DNA of 63,079 bases, filler included. It is 5 parts of 5 records of this genome, joined end to end, with 100 filler letters (N's around TTAATTAATTAA, not from the genome) between each part and the next. Parts side by side here need not be neighbours in the genome. Positions count along the whole stretch, not along the records: positions 17,005 to 29,651 come from SRR31156797_34465; positions 29,752 to 41,388 come from SRR31156797_34472; 3 more parts are not named here. One strand, written 5' to 3'. Position 1 is the stretch's first letter, and the number at the start of each line of letters is the position of its first letter. The translations under genes were made by a program, and so were the position numbers. The notes beneath the pieces were generated by a model. That model saw only the letters and a list, made by a program, of their open reading frames with translations. It had not been told where the DNA came from and searched no databases. Positions 21,072-32,090 of the stretch are shown piece after piece.

Positions 21072-21492
21072 AACATCTCCTTAAGACATAAACAAATTTT
21101 TTTAGTTATATAAATTAAACTTTAAACTTTTTACAAGCACAGATATCTATCAATCTACTATATATATACATCTTTTAAACACATGCCTCAAGCTAAGGTA
21201 TTATAAAAAAATAATAAATATCACTTGCTTTATATTTCATTAAGCCTATAGTTAACCAAGTCACTCAAGACATGATAAAAGTTTTATACGTTGTTACTAA
21301 ATTTAATTGGATTTTAGAATCATAACCTGCAGTTTACTAAGCCTATAAATTGATTTATTTCAATATGTGCCTCATAAATTTGTATCCGTTCATGCTTCAC
21401 AAAGGTTAACACCTTCTTTCAAACTAGTTTGTATCAAATCTCTAACTCAATCAGACACTGTTTTGACAAAAAAAAATTATATGGAGCATAAT

Positions 21493-21765
21493 ATGAACAT
21501 TTATGTAGGTAACCTTAGTTACTCAACAAGCGAAGACGACATCGCAGAACTTTTTAGCAAAATTGGTGAAGTAGAAACTGCACGCATCATCACAGACAGA
21601 GACACTGGCCGTTCAAAAGGCTTTGGCTTTGTTGAGATGCCTAACGACGACCTCGCTAAGGAAGCTATCGACAAACTCAACGACACAGAGCTTGATGGCA
21701 GAAACTTAACAGTTAACGAAGCTAAACCAAAAAGCAATGACCGTGGTAACAACAGAAGATACTAA
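21493..21765 (+). CDS. RRM RNA-binding protein
   Basis: IYVGNL (RNP2) and KGFGFVEM (RNP1); GGAG RBS before ATG 21493. Confidence 0.95.
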   Translation: MNIYVGNLSYSTSEDDIAELFSKIGEVETARIITDRDTGRSKGFGFVEMPNDDLAKEAIDKLNDTELDGRNLTVNEAKPKSNDRGNNRRY

Positions 21766-21791
21766 TTAATCTTCTTCTTAAATATTACGTC

Positions 21792-21823
21792 AAAAAAAAA
21801 GGGGAGCTTAGCTCCCCTTTTTT
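21792..21823. terminator. Bidirectional intrinsic terminator between the RRM gene and eno
   Basis: A9-GGGGAGC-TTA-GCTCCCC-T6 between convergent genes. Confidence 0.9.
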
Positions 21824-21845
21824 ATTTATCTAACCTGAAAAAAAT

Positions 21846-23150
<1,305 letters not shown>

Positions 23151-23359
23151 CTAAGGTTATATAGTTTTATACTTTATTACAGTAAAAAGGCATACAGCTA
23201 CCTGCATTACCGACATTAGTATATAGTGATAGTTCATAAAAAAACAACAGGATTTCGCTTCCAAAAAGAATCTGACAATATTATAATTAGATTTGAAAAT
23301 TAAGTTTATTTATTACATATTTTTTCCTTATAGTTTTTAATAATTTCTGTGGTGCAACT

Positions 23360-25240
23360 ATGACAAAGACAATTTACACAAAAAAGAAGTATTACCTATT
23401 ATTTGCGGCATATTTTCTCGGTTTTGGAATAGCTGTAGCCCTACTTACTTCGCTGATTAATTACAACATTAAATACACTGATATTGAAAAACAGCTCTTT
23501 GAAAGAGCAAAATCTGAGTCGAGTTTCAAACGTGATTACTTAAAAAATTACATTTCTCAATTAGAAATGACGCTTTTATCTATCACCCGAAATGAACTCA
23601 CGAAGGACTACATCACCTCTAAAAGCGATAAAGACAGGCAAAACATGAGCAACCTTTTCTATTCGCTCGCATATTCAAACAAAGACCTCATGCAGCTTAG
23701 GTTCATCGCAACAGACGGTATGGAGGAGATTCGTGTCGACCGTGATAAGAAATCTCCTGACCTGATGATCCTTAAGCAGGAGCAAATGCAGAATAAGGGT
23801 GACAGGTACTATTTCAAAGAAGCTATACAGATTACTAACAATTCGTTCTGGCACTCAAATGTTGACCTTAACGTAGAGCATGGTGAAATAGAGAGACCGC
23901 TTAAGCCTACATTCAGGGTCGCAACTCCGCTTATACTCCTTAATAAACCACAGGGCATTGTGATTGCGAACGTTATCATGGATAATCTTCTTGATGTCCT
24001 CGGAAATTCACACAACTTCCACGTCTACATAATAGATAAAAATGGCGAAGTTGTTATCAATCCTGAAAGTGACAAATCATGGAGCCGCTACATTGACGGC
24101 AGACCAAACATACACGACCTCTTCCCCAGTAAGGCGACGCAGATCATAGCTAATCACACCCTCGCAGAGAATGACATGTTTATGTTTTCATACTCTGAAA
24201 TGTTTAGAAATAATGAAGGTCTAAAGATACTTATGATCCCTAAGGATGATGTCATAGGTAAGCTCAAGATGAATAATACTCTCACAGCTCTGCTCATCGC
24301 TTTCATAGTTTTCTTAGTATCTATACCTCTCTCTTGGGTTGCTTCCTTTATTCCATCCAGGCTTCAGAATGAGGTTGTAGACGCATATAACGAAATCAAG
24401 AGATACGCTAATATTATAGATAGAAATATAGTCACCTCTAAGACAAAACCTGACGGAACGATCGTTGAGGTGAGTACAAAATTTCAGGAGGTTTCGGGCT
24501 ATCCGAAAGAAGATATCGAAGGTATGAACCATAACATACTGAGACATCCGGAGACCTCTATCGAGCACTATCAGGAGCTTTGGTCCACAATAAAAAGCGG
24601 ACATATATGGTCTGGAGAGATGCAGAATCTGGGCAACAACGGTAAGAGCTACTGGATAAAACAGATAATAACTCCGGAGGTTGACAGCAAAGGAAATATA
24701 GCCGCTTTTACCTCAATAGCGCAGGACATTACAGACAGAAAAATTATCGAATGTATGTCTATCACAGACAGGCTAACAGGACTTTATAACAGACATAAGC
24801 TCGACTCTGTCCTTGAGGATGAAGTGAGCAGATTCAAAAGATACAAAAAAGAGTTCTGTGCGATAATTATTGATGCGGATCACTTTAAAAATGTCAATGA
24901 CACATACGGGCATCAGGTCGGAGACGATGTCCTTATAAAGCTGGCAGAAATCATCAAAAGCAGCACAAGAGAGACCGACTTCGCAGGCAGATGGGGCGGA
25001 GAGGAATTTCTCATACTCGCCATAGAAACCACAGCTCATAATGCTTCCATACTAGCTGAGAAGCTGCGTAAAGCTGTCGAAGAAGCGGACTTCACCCCGG
25101 TAAATAAAGTGACTATAAGTATAGGTATCGCCGAGTTCAGAGAAAACGAAACCACCGCTAACTTCATCAACCGTGCGGACAAAGCGATGTATGAGGCGAA
25201 GCAGACAGGACGTAATAAAGTGGTCACCTATAAAGACTAG
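23360..25240 (+). CDS. Membrane sensor diguanylate cyclase (Cache-like + PAS + GGDEF)
   Basis: Two TM helices around a periplasmic domain, PAS/PAC, then TDRLTGLYNR, DHFKNVND and GGEEF with an RETD I-site. Confidence 0.93.
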   Translation: MTKTIYTKKKYYLLFAAYFLGFGIAVALLTSLINYNIKYTDIEKQLFERAKSESSFKRDYLKNYISQLEMTLLSITRNELTKDYITSKSDKDRQNMSNLFYSLAYSNKDLMQLRFIATDGMEEIRVDRDKKSPDLMILKQEQMQNKGDRYYFKEAIQITNNSFWHSNVDLNVEHGEIERPLKPTFRVATPLILLNKPQGIVIANVIMDNLLDVLGNSHNFHVYIIDKNGEVVINPESDKSWSRYIDGRPNIHDLFPSKATQIIANHTLAENDMFMFSYSEMFRNNEGLKILMIPKDDVIGKLKMNNTLTALLIAFIVFLVSIPLSWVASFIPSRLQNEVVDAYNEIKRYANIIDRNIVTSKTKPDGTIVEVSTKFQEVSGYPKEDIEGMNHNILRHPETSIEHYQELWSTIKSGHIWSGEMQNLGNNGKSYWIKQIITPEVDSKGNIAAFTSIAQDITDRKIIECMSITDRLTGLYNRHKLDSVLEDEVSRFKRYKKEFCAIIIDADHFKNVNDTYGHQVGDDVLIKLAEIIKSSTRETDFAGRWGGEEFLILAIETTAHNASILAEKLRKAVEEADFTPVNKVTISIGIAEFRENETTANFINRADKAMYEAKQTGRNKVVTYKD

Positions 25241-25331
25241 CATGATAATAAATAGTGCACATGTGCGTTATCACCTTGACTTGTAGATTTGCACTATACT
25301 ATTATTCATCAAAAGCGAACCAAGGTTTAAA

Positions 25332-26627
25332 ATGTACGATATACCAAATCTCCTCTTTGCCGACAGGCAGGGAAACATATATGATCATCCACACCTGAAA
25401 ATGACTGTCAGGAGTGAGAATTACGATTTCGTCCCATATGAAGTAGAGCTTATTGAGCTTCCAGAAAGCTCCAGGCTTTATTTTGTGCCGGACACACATC
25501 CGAATGCATACAACCCAGACACATCAGGGATGGAGACATTCACAGGCGGCTATGCTGTCAGTGCTTTCCTCGACCCGGGTTATCTCAGGCTGTTTATGCC
25601 GTCATACAAAAAACTTACAGACACCATCCTCCCTATGTATGCATATACTGCGGTGGGCTGGTTAAACGGTAAGTTTGTTGTACCTGCTATAAAAGTTGAC
25701 GACGATTCCAAATGGAACCCCGCTAATTTCGATTATTCTGATGCTTTCAAATCTGTTGTTGATGAAAGGCTTGAGCAGTCGCCTAAAAACAGGATATATA
25801 AGCAGCTTTCTAAGTGTGCTCTCGAATATCACTGCACGGCTGCTAAAAATGCATTCATCGGCAGATGGGAGTGCCCTCTTCCGACAGCTCCAACCTGTAA
25901 CAGTAAATGCCTAGGCTGTATCTCTTTTCAGGAAGATAAAAAGATGGTCTCACCGCAGGACAGGCTCAAGTTTGTACCGAAGGTAAACGAGATTGTCGAA
26001 GTTGCCCTTAACCACTATGAAGTGGCGGAAGAGCCTATCGTAAGCTTTGGTCAGGGGTGCGAAGGCGACCCTATCATGACTGCTGACGTCATAGCAAAAG
26101 CTATCACAGTCATTAAAAGAAAAGCACCTGACCTTACAGTCAATTTCAACTCTAACTGCTCTAATCCTGAAAAGATGAAGATGCTTTTCGATGCGGGGCT
26201 GGACAGTATTAGGGTGAGTATGAACTCTGTTGTCCATTCCACTTATGAAAGCTATTACCAGCCGCAGGGCTACAGCCTTGATGATGTTCTTAAAAGTATT
26301 GAGCTGGCTAACAGATATAAGGTCTACACTGCGCTTAACCTGCTCACTATACCTGGAGTTAACGACAGAGAGAGTGAGACAGAGACCATGCTCGACTTCC
26401 TAAATGCTTATGAAATTGATCTTATTCAGCTTCGTAATCTAAATATCGACCCTGACTTCCTCTTTAGTAAACTAAAGTTTAAAAAAGAGGAGATACTAGG
26501 CATAAAGAACATGCTAAAATTAATAAAAAAGAAGAAGAAAAGTATAAAATTCGGCTATTTCAACCGTACCAGAGAAAACTTTCAAAAGGACTTTGGTCTG
26601 CCGGATTTAAAAAGGAGAGCTAAATGA
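25332..26627 (+). CDS. Radical SAM protein of unknown function
   Basis: CNSKCLGC (CxxxCxxC), SFGQGCEGDP and QLRNLNIDPD. Confidence 0.85.
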   Translation: MYDIPNLLFADRQGNIYDHPHLKMTVRSENYDFVPYEVELIELPESSRLYFVPDTHPNAYNPDTSGMETFTGGYAVSAFLDPGYLRLFMPSYKKLTDTILPMYAYTAVGWLNGKFVVPAIKVDDDSKWNPANFDYSDAFKSVVDERLEQSPKNRIYKQLSKCALEYHCTAAKNAFIGRWECPLPTAPTCNSKCLGCISFQEDKKMVSPQDRLKFVPKVNEIVEVALNHYEVAEEPIVSFGQGCEGDPIMTADVIAKAITVIKRKAPDLTVNFNSNCSNPEKMKMLFDAGLDSIRVSMNSVVHSTYESYYQPQGYSLDDVLKSIELANRYKVYTALNLLTIPGVNDRESETETMLDFLNAYEIDLIQLRNLNIDPDFLFSKLKFKKEEILGIKNMLKLIKKKKKSIKFGYFNRTRENFQKDFGLPDLKRRAK

Positions 26628-27340
26628 AAAAGTTTCTAGTATTAGTAATGGTGCTTGTCTGCTCAGTTGCATTCGCTGATGAGTACGAAATTCAGTCAAA
26701 CATGACCCAGACACAGTTCAAAGACCTCTCTAAAGAGATGGCTATGATCGTAACACCTACACCTAACAGTCCGGCTGAGCCGCTCAAAACTTTCGGTTTT
26801 GACGTAGCTCTTGAGACACAGGTTACAAGCATCAGTAACGATGATAACTTCTGGAAAAATGCTTGGGATAACGGCGACCCTGACAGCAATGTCATGACTT
26901 ACAGAGTTCATGCTCAGAAAGGTTTCCCTTTCGGTCTCGACCTCGGTGCCAGTGTGACAAAAGGTGTTAACATCCCTTTCACAGCCCTCACAGGTGAGAT
27001 CAAGTACGCTCTTCTCAAGGGGACAGTTGTTACTCCTGCGGTGAGTGTTAAAGGTTCCTATACAAAGGTTTTCGGGCTTGATGACATGTCACTCCAGACA
27101 GCTTCTGCCGGCGCATATATAAGCAAAGGTTTCCTTATGCTTACACCTTACGCTGGTGTTGAAACTGTTTACTCTATGGCTTCTGATGATTCAGGTAACG
27201 ATCTTGACGACGAAAACAGTAACACTGTAAGAGGGTTCGCTGGTCTTCAACTTTCACCACTTCCGTTCATCTCACTTAACTTTGAGATGGCTATTGGTAC
27301 AGTTGCTCAGTACGGACTCAAAGCGGGAATCAGATTCTAG
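26624..27340 (+). CDS. Hypothetical outer-membrane beta-barrel protein
   Basis: Signal peptide (VAFA-D), amphipathic strands and C-terminal GIRF. Confidence 0.7.
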   Translation: MKKFLVLVMVLVCSVAFADEYEIQSNMTQTQFKDLSKEMAMIVTPTPNSPAEPLKTFGFDVALETQVTSISNDDNFWKNAWDNGDPDSNVMTYRVHAQKGFPFGLDLGASVTKGVNIPFTALTGEIKYALLKGTVVTPAVSVKGSYTKVFGLDDMSLQTASAGAYISKGFLMLTPYAGVETVYSMASDDSGNDLDDENSNTVRGFAGLQLSPLPFISLNFEMAIGTVAQYGLKAGIRF

Positions 27341-27347
27341 GTTAATA

Positions 27348-28916
27348 ATGGAAACAAATTTTTATGATTATATAGTATTAGGCAGCGGTGTGGCTGGACT
27401 GAGAGCAGCGATTGAGCTCTCCAGCCACGGCCGTGTTGCCGTAGTTACCAAGTGTTTTCTTGGTGAAAGTTCATCAGAATATGCGCAGGGCGGTGTCGCC
27501 GTTGCTCTCTCTGATGACGATAATATCTCACTGCACATAGATGATACTTTGCGTGCAGGTGATGGGCTGTGTGACCTCAAAGCAGTTTCGACTCTGGTCG
27601 AAGAGGGTCCGAAGTATATTAAACAGCTTATCTCCTGGGGCGCAAAATTCGATATGCACGGAAGCCTTCTCGAGTTCACCAGAGAGGCAGCTCACAGTGT
27701 CAAAAGGATCATCCATGCCAAGGGTGACGCAACCGGACACGAGATCGTCCGCACACTTAAAGAGCACTCCGGTAAGCTTAAAAATATTGAGACACTGGAA
27801 TACACCTATGCGCTCGACTTTATCAAAGATGCACCTGACTCTGTGGCAGGCGTTATCGCACTCAATGAAAAGAGTGGTGAAATCAGCGCCTTTTACGCTA
27901 AAGCTGTAATCGTAGCAACAGGCGGAGCGGGCAGACTTTACACACGCACAACAAACCCTGCCGTTGTAACTGGTGATGGGATGAGCATGGCTTTCAGAGC
28001 GAAAGCGGCTATGAGAGACATGGAATTCTTCCAGTTTCACCCAACAGGTCTGACTATACCAGGAGCTCCTGCATTCCTGCTCTCAGAAGCTATGAGAGGC
28101 GAAGGCGGCACACTTAAAAACATTAATATGAAACGATTCTGCACAAAATATCACCCGGACGGCGAACTTGCACCGAGGGATGTTGTGAGCAGATCGATAT
28201 TCTTTGAGATGAACGAAACAGACTCTGACCACGTTTATCTCGACCTTACTCATCTCGATAGTAACTTTGTAAAAAACAGATTCCCTAAAATATACTCCAC
28301 ATGCCTCGAGTACAACCTGGACATCAGCAAAGACCCTATCCCTGTCAGCCCTGCGGCTCACTACTTCATGGGCGGCATATACACAGACGACTGGGGACGC
28401 TCCACCCTAAAAGGCTTATACGCCTGCGGTGAAGCGGCTTGCAACGGTGTTCACGGTGCTAACAGGCTTGCGAGCAACTCTCTTCTTGAGGGTGTTGTCT
28501 ACGGCGGTAGAAGCGCAAAAGCCGCCTATAAAGACAATAAAGACCGTGAGATCAGAGAGCAGGAGATAACCATCAGCGAAATGGTAGAAGTAAGCAACCA
28601 CGACGAGGAACTAGCTAAAATTCAGGACTGCATGTGGCAGAACGTCAGCGTCTCCCGTAACGAAGCTGACCTTGATAATGCTATAAGCTATCTTGAAAAA
28701 TTTACCTCTCAATTCGACGGTAAAATTGCTTCAAACAGAAAAACAGCAGAGCTCCAAAATCTTGCTACAGTTGGACTTCTCATGGCTAAAGCGGCCAAAG
28801 AACGTAAAGGCAGCCGAGGCGGTCACTACAGAGAAGATTACCCTGACAGGATAGAAGAGAACTGGCACATATACTTTGAAAATGCCGAATTTAGTACCGT
28901 TAAAAGGGAGCAATAA
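27348..28916 (+). CDS. nadB: L-aspartate oxidase
   Basis: GSGVAG, AQGG, EAAHS..RIIH, QFHPT, SEAMRGEG, HYFMGG and HGANRLASNSLLEG. Confidence 0.95.
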   Translation: METNFYDYIVLGSGVAGLRAAIELSSHGRVAVVTKCFLGESSSEYAQGGVAVALSDDDNISLHIDDTLRAGDGLCDLKAVSTLVEEGPKYIKQLISWGAKFDMHGSLLEFTREAAHSVKRIIHAKGDATGHEIVRTLKEHSGKLKNIETLEYTYALDFIKDAPDSVAGVIALNEKSGEISAFYAKAVIVATGGAGRLYTRTTNPAVVTGDGMSMAFRAKAAMRDMEFFQFHPTGLTIPGAPAFLLSEAMRGEGGTLKNINMKRFCTKYHPDGELAPRDVVSRSIFFEMNETDSDHVYLDLTHLDSNFVKNRFPKIYSTCLEYNLDISKDPIPVSPAAHYFMGGIYTDDWGRSTLKGLYACGEAACNGVHGANRLASNSLLEGVVYGGRSAKAAYKDNKDREIREQEITISEMVEVSNHDEELAKIQDCMWQNVSVSRNEADLDNAISYLEKFTSQFDGKIASNRKTAELQNLATVGLLMAKAAKERKGSRGGHYREDYPDRIEENWHIYFENAEFSTVKREQ

Positions 28917-29562
28917 GCCCCTCCCCACTGCAGACGGCTCTATATCCCTTTACAGCATGGAATACCATGAGGGGTATCGTGCAAAAAGCGTGGGGGCGTA
29001 CACTGAAAGCCTGCATAAATTTTATCACGCATCAGGCATTGGAGAGCTCCTTAAAACACAGGATGTTCGCCTTTTAGACATATGCCTTGGCGGTGGAAGC
29101 AATCTCTCTGTCACTCTCGACAAGGTTGCAGATATGGACACTCCTTATAAGCTCCATATCGTCACCCTGGAGCGTCAATCATCACTTTTCAACACCATAC
29201 GTGATAATAAATACTTATGGCCTTACAGAGGCTATGAAATGCTTCGTGCGCTCATTGATGACGGCGACCTCGGTAACATAAGGCTGGATATAGCTGTTGG
29301 AGACGCCAGAGGCATTTTAGAAAAGCTAGAGTGGGAATTCGACATTATATATTTCGACCCGTTCGGCAAGAGGAAAAACCCTGAGATGTGGACCGTGGAA
29401 GTGTTCAAAGAGCTATATCGATTATGCAAAAATGGCTCCAAAGTAACGACATACTCATCCGGTAAAGTGATAAGAAAAGACTTCGTCACAGCCGGATTTG
29501 ACTATACCGTAACCCCTAAGCCGGAAGGTGCTTTTCAGGAAGGTACAGTCTTCATAAAATAA
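28882..29562 (+). CDS. Stand-alone MnmC-type tRNA methyltransferase domain
   Basis: TADGS.SLYS..Y.E.Y, GA..ES..KF, GDAR and FDPF...NPEMW. Confidence 0.8.
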   Translation: MPNLVPLKGSNKPLPTADGSISLYSMEYHEGYRAKSVGAYTESLHKFYHASGIGELLKTQDVRLLDICLGGGSNLSVTLDKVADMDTPYKLHIVTLERQSSLFNTIRDNKYLWPYRGYEMLRALIDDGDLGNIRLDIAVGDARGILEKLEWEFDIIYFDPFGKRKNPEMWTVEVFKELYRLCKNGSKVTTYSSGKVIRKDFVTAGFDYTVTPKPEGAFQEGTVFIK

Positions 29563-29584
29563 TGACATTTTTTTAATTATTTTG

Positions 29585-29613
29585 TTGACACTATTACGAG
29601 AATGCGATATAAA
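29585..29613 (+). promoter_or_regulatory. Sigma70 promoter of a tRNA gene
   Basis: TTGACA-17 nt-TATAAA, 11 nt before the tRNA 5' end. Confidence 0.75.
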
Positions 29614-29624
29614 CATTCTCCCAA

Positions 29625-29651
29625 GCGGGTGTAGCTCAGCTGGTAGAGCGC
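29625..29651 (+). tRNA. tRNA 5' fragment (identity not visible; Gly-like)
   Basis: GCGGGTGTAGCTCAGCTGGTAGAGCGC = acceptor 5' strand + D arm, cut by contig end. Confidence 0.8.
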
Positions 29652-29751
29652 NNNNNNNNNNNNNNNNNNNNNNNNNNNNNNNNNNNNNNNNNNNNTTAAT
29701 TAATTAANNNNNNNNNNNNNNNNNNNNNNNNNNNNNNNNNNNNNNNNNNNN
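29652..29751. other. Artificial contig linker
   Basis: N44-TTAATTAATTAA-N44. Confidence 0.99.
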
Positions 29752-29797
29752 ACTCTGTCCCAAACCCTGCTTAAGGGACGAGTCCCTTAAGAATCCC
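29752..29797 (-). repeat. REP-like palindromic repeat, copy 1
   Basis: Reverse complement GGGATTCTTAAGGGACTCGTCCCTTAAGCAGGGTTTGGGACAGAGT matches copy 2. Confidence 0.8.
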
Positions 29798-29876
29798 ATA
29801 TATTGGATTATCGTATTGTTTTTATCAAATAAAAGTATATAATTATTTTATACTAAATTAAAGAGGTAGTATTCCT

Positions 29877-30160
29877 ATGAAAATAATTAATATTGCAAAT
29901 AACGGTATAAACACCTTTTAAAAGATTTATTTGAAATGTAAATGGAAAACAGGTATTTTTTTAGAAGATATAGTGATAAGGCTGAATTAAATCCATCGCT
30001 TATAAGGAATTATGATGATTTAAAAATATAAGAAAAAATTGATAGTGATTGTAGAGAAGAAATCATTAAGTATCTTGGTTATACAAATGTATCAACACCT
30101 AGGCTGTTTCCAGATTTGCAAAACATTTGCAAATATATTAGTATTATTGATAAGTTTTGA
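29877..30160 (+). pseudogene. Decayed FRG-domain-like gene
   Basis: RBS GAGG + ATG; after a frameshift it reads LKDLFEM*MENRYFFRRYSDKAELNPSLIR...*EKIDSDCREEIIKYLGYTNVSTPRLFPDLQNICKYI. Confidence 0.55.
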
Positions 30161-30356
30161 AAATTGTAGATATATAAGATTTTGCTAAAATAATTTCATA
30201 GTGGTGATGTATTCCTTGAATGGAGCTTGAGTAATTATTCCAAAGTAATAATATATTAATTGAAACATACATTGTGATGAGATGCATCGAAAGTTAGAAG
30301 AATAATGAGAAGAATTTAAAAGCACACATATTTGTAGGTGTTCTTTATAAATGTTA

Positions 30357-30406
30357 GGGAACCTTAAGGGACTCGTCCCTTGAGCGGGGTTTGGGGCAGA
30401 GCCCCA
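30357..30406 (+). repeat. REP-like palindromic repeat, copy 2
   Basis: Hairpins AAGGGAC-TC-GTCCCTT and TGGGGC-AGA-GCCCCA; GC-rich in an AT-rich contig. Confidence 0.8.
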
Positions 30407-30553
30407 TATTACCAGCATTGCCCCATAGCATCAGCACAGCCCTATAGTATAAACTAACCCCTTAAATCATATATTTACCTACCTTTTCCTTGACTATAAT
30501 CAATAAATAATATAATCTAAAAATATTAGTAGATTAGTATGAGGTAATAGATA

Positions 30554-31252
30554 ATGAAAGTATGTGTACTAAATGGAAGCCCTAGAAAACACAAAACTAC
30601 TTATGATGTATATAAGAAAGTAGAGGATGCACTGCGTCAGCAGGGAGATATAGAAATAACGGAATTTAATGCAGTGAGAGATTTTCCGACAAACTGCGTT
30701 GGATGCTATACCTGTCTGACCAAAACCGGCGAAAAAGACTGCCCTCATATAGATAAGGTCGAACCTATAAAAAACGCAATTGATGAGTGCGATGTACTAG
30801 TCTTGTTATCACCTGTATATTGCCTGAGTGTAACAGGATATATGAAAGCCTTATTAGACCACTTTGCCTATAGATTCCATGTTCACAGACCACATCCATC
30901 AATGAGAACAAAGTCAGCTCTAGTGATAGCTGTAGCGGCGGGCAATGGCATGGCTGGTACAAATAAGCTGATGGCAGATAACGTAAAGTCATGGGGAATA
31001 CCAAAGGTACTGAAAATGCAGCTTGGGTTATTTGCAAAAAGCTTCGATGATATGCCTGAGGGAAAGAAGAAGAAAGTTACACGGCAGGCAAAAAGGGTCG
31101 CTAAGAAACTACACAGAAATGTAAAAAACAAGGATAAACAGTCATATCCTCTTAAGTTTAAATTCTTAAAATCAGTTATGAAATCAACTATTAAAAAATA
31201 CGGCGAAGGCCATCTGGATTATGATTATTGGAATAAGATGGGCTGGCTGTAG
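30554..31252 (+). CDS. Flavodoxin-fold protein (FMN reductase / iron-sulfur flavoprotein-like)
   Basis: LNGSPR, C..C..C.......C cluster and SPVY...V.G.MK..LD. Confidence 0.85.
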   Translation: MKVCVLNGSPRKHKTTYDVYKKVEDALRQQGDIEITEFNAVRDFPTNCVGCYTCLTKTGEKDCPHIDKVEPIKNAIDECDVLVLLSPVYCLSVTGYMKALLDHFAYRFHVHRPHPSMRTKSALVIAVAAGNGMAGTNKLMADNVKSWGIPKVLKMQLGLFAKSFDDMPEGKKKKVTRQAKRVAKKLHRNVKNKDKQSYPLKFKFLKSVMKSTIKKYGEGHLDYDYWNKMGWL

Positions 31253-31300
31253 GGGGATATTGAACTTTGTTTGAAGTTCTTACAACAAATGATTAGTTGA

Positions 31301-31888
31301 TCAAAGTTCCTTAACCCACTTTGTATATTCCTCTGCTATCCTTTCACAAAAATCATACACAAAATCAAGAGGATATAGAGTAGACTCGATTTTCTTAAAA
31401 TACTCATGCCATGCATTGTTGTGCTTATAATTCTCTTCAATTTCTTCATTTGTAATGCCCTGAATGTTATAATTAACAGGCATTTTGTACTGAGTCATTG
31501 TATCCCATATTTTTGCGAGCTTTTTATCATTGCAGTAGATAGCAGATGAAGCAGCTGATATCTGTGTTTTATATGTCTTTATCCAATTGTTATCTTCTGC
31601 ACTTTCCTTAAATGGTATCATGCACTCTTTATCCCAATATGTATCCAGAAACAAATGCACAATGTACCCTTCGCAGTATGGAATGCTCATATCAATACTT
31701 CTAGCAAATTCTGCAATATCATGCAGTGGATTCTTTGATGTACGAAAGTGGAGCTTATCCTTCTGGGTATATATATAATCCTTTCGAACTGCTATAGCAT
31801 CTGGTGCAAATGTGCCAATATAGTACTCGATAGGATAATCATCATGTATTATGTCTGCGAATAGCAGGTGTATCATTGTGGACGGCAT
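31301..31888 (-). CDS. Hypothetical protein, zinc-dependent phospholipase C-like fold
   Basis: MP....H, G..APD and GY.VHL.LD..W motifs. Confidence 0.6.
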   Translation of the reverse strand: MPSTMIHLLFADIIHDDYPIEYYIGTFAPDAIAVRKDYIYTQKDKLHFRTSKNPLHDIAEFARSIDMSIPYCEGYIVHLFLDTYWDKECMIPFKESAEDNNWIKTYKTQISAASSAIYCNDKKLAKIWDTMTQYKMPVNYNIQGITNEEIEENYKHNNAWHEYFKKIESTLYPLDFVYDFCERIAEEYTKWVKEL

Positions 31889-32090
31889 AGAATCTCCTTG
31901 GAATTTTTACCCTTGGTTTAATAATTTTATTGTGTAATAGACTATTAGTCAAGTAAGAAATGATAGATTTACTATGATAGATTTACTTTCAATTGCTTAC
32001 CTTATATGACTATAATTTATAATTTGTTAATTGACATTGACGGTTATGGTATAATATTATGTATATTAGTATAATAATTACTGAAGGTGT

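Noticed and set aside
21367..21492. N-terminal extension of the RRM protein
   Set aside because: The RBS and RRM domain boundary support ATG 21493; the upstream sequence looks like an AT-rich leader
30401..30470. Mini-CRISPR array
   Set aside because: Units total only 19 bp with no repeat-spacer structure and no cas genes nearby
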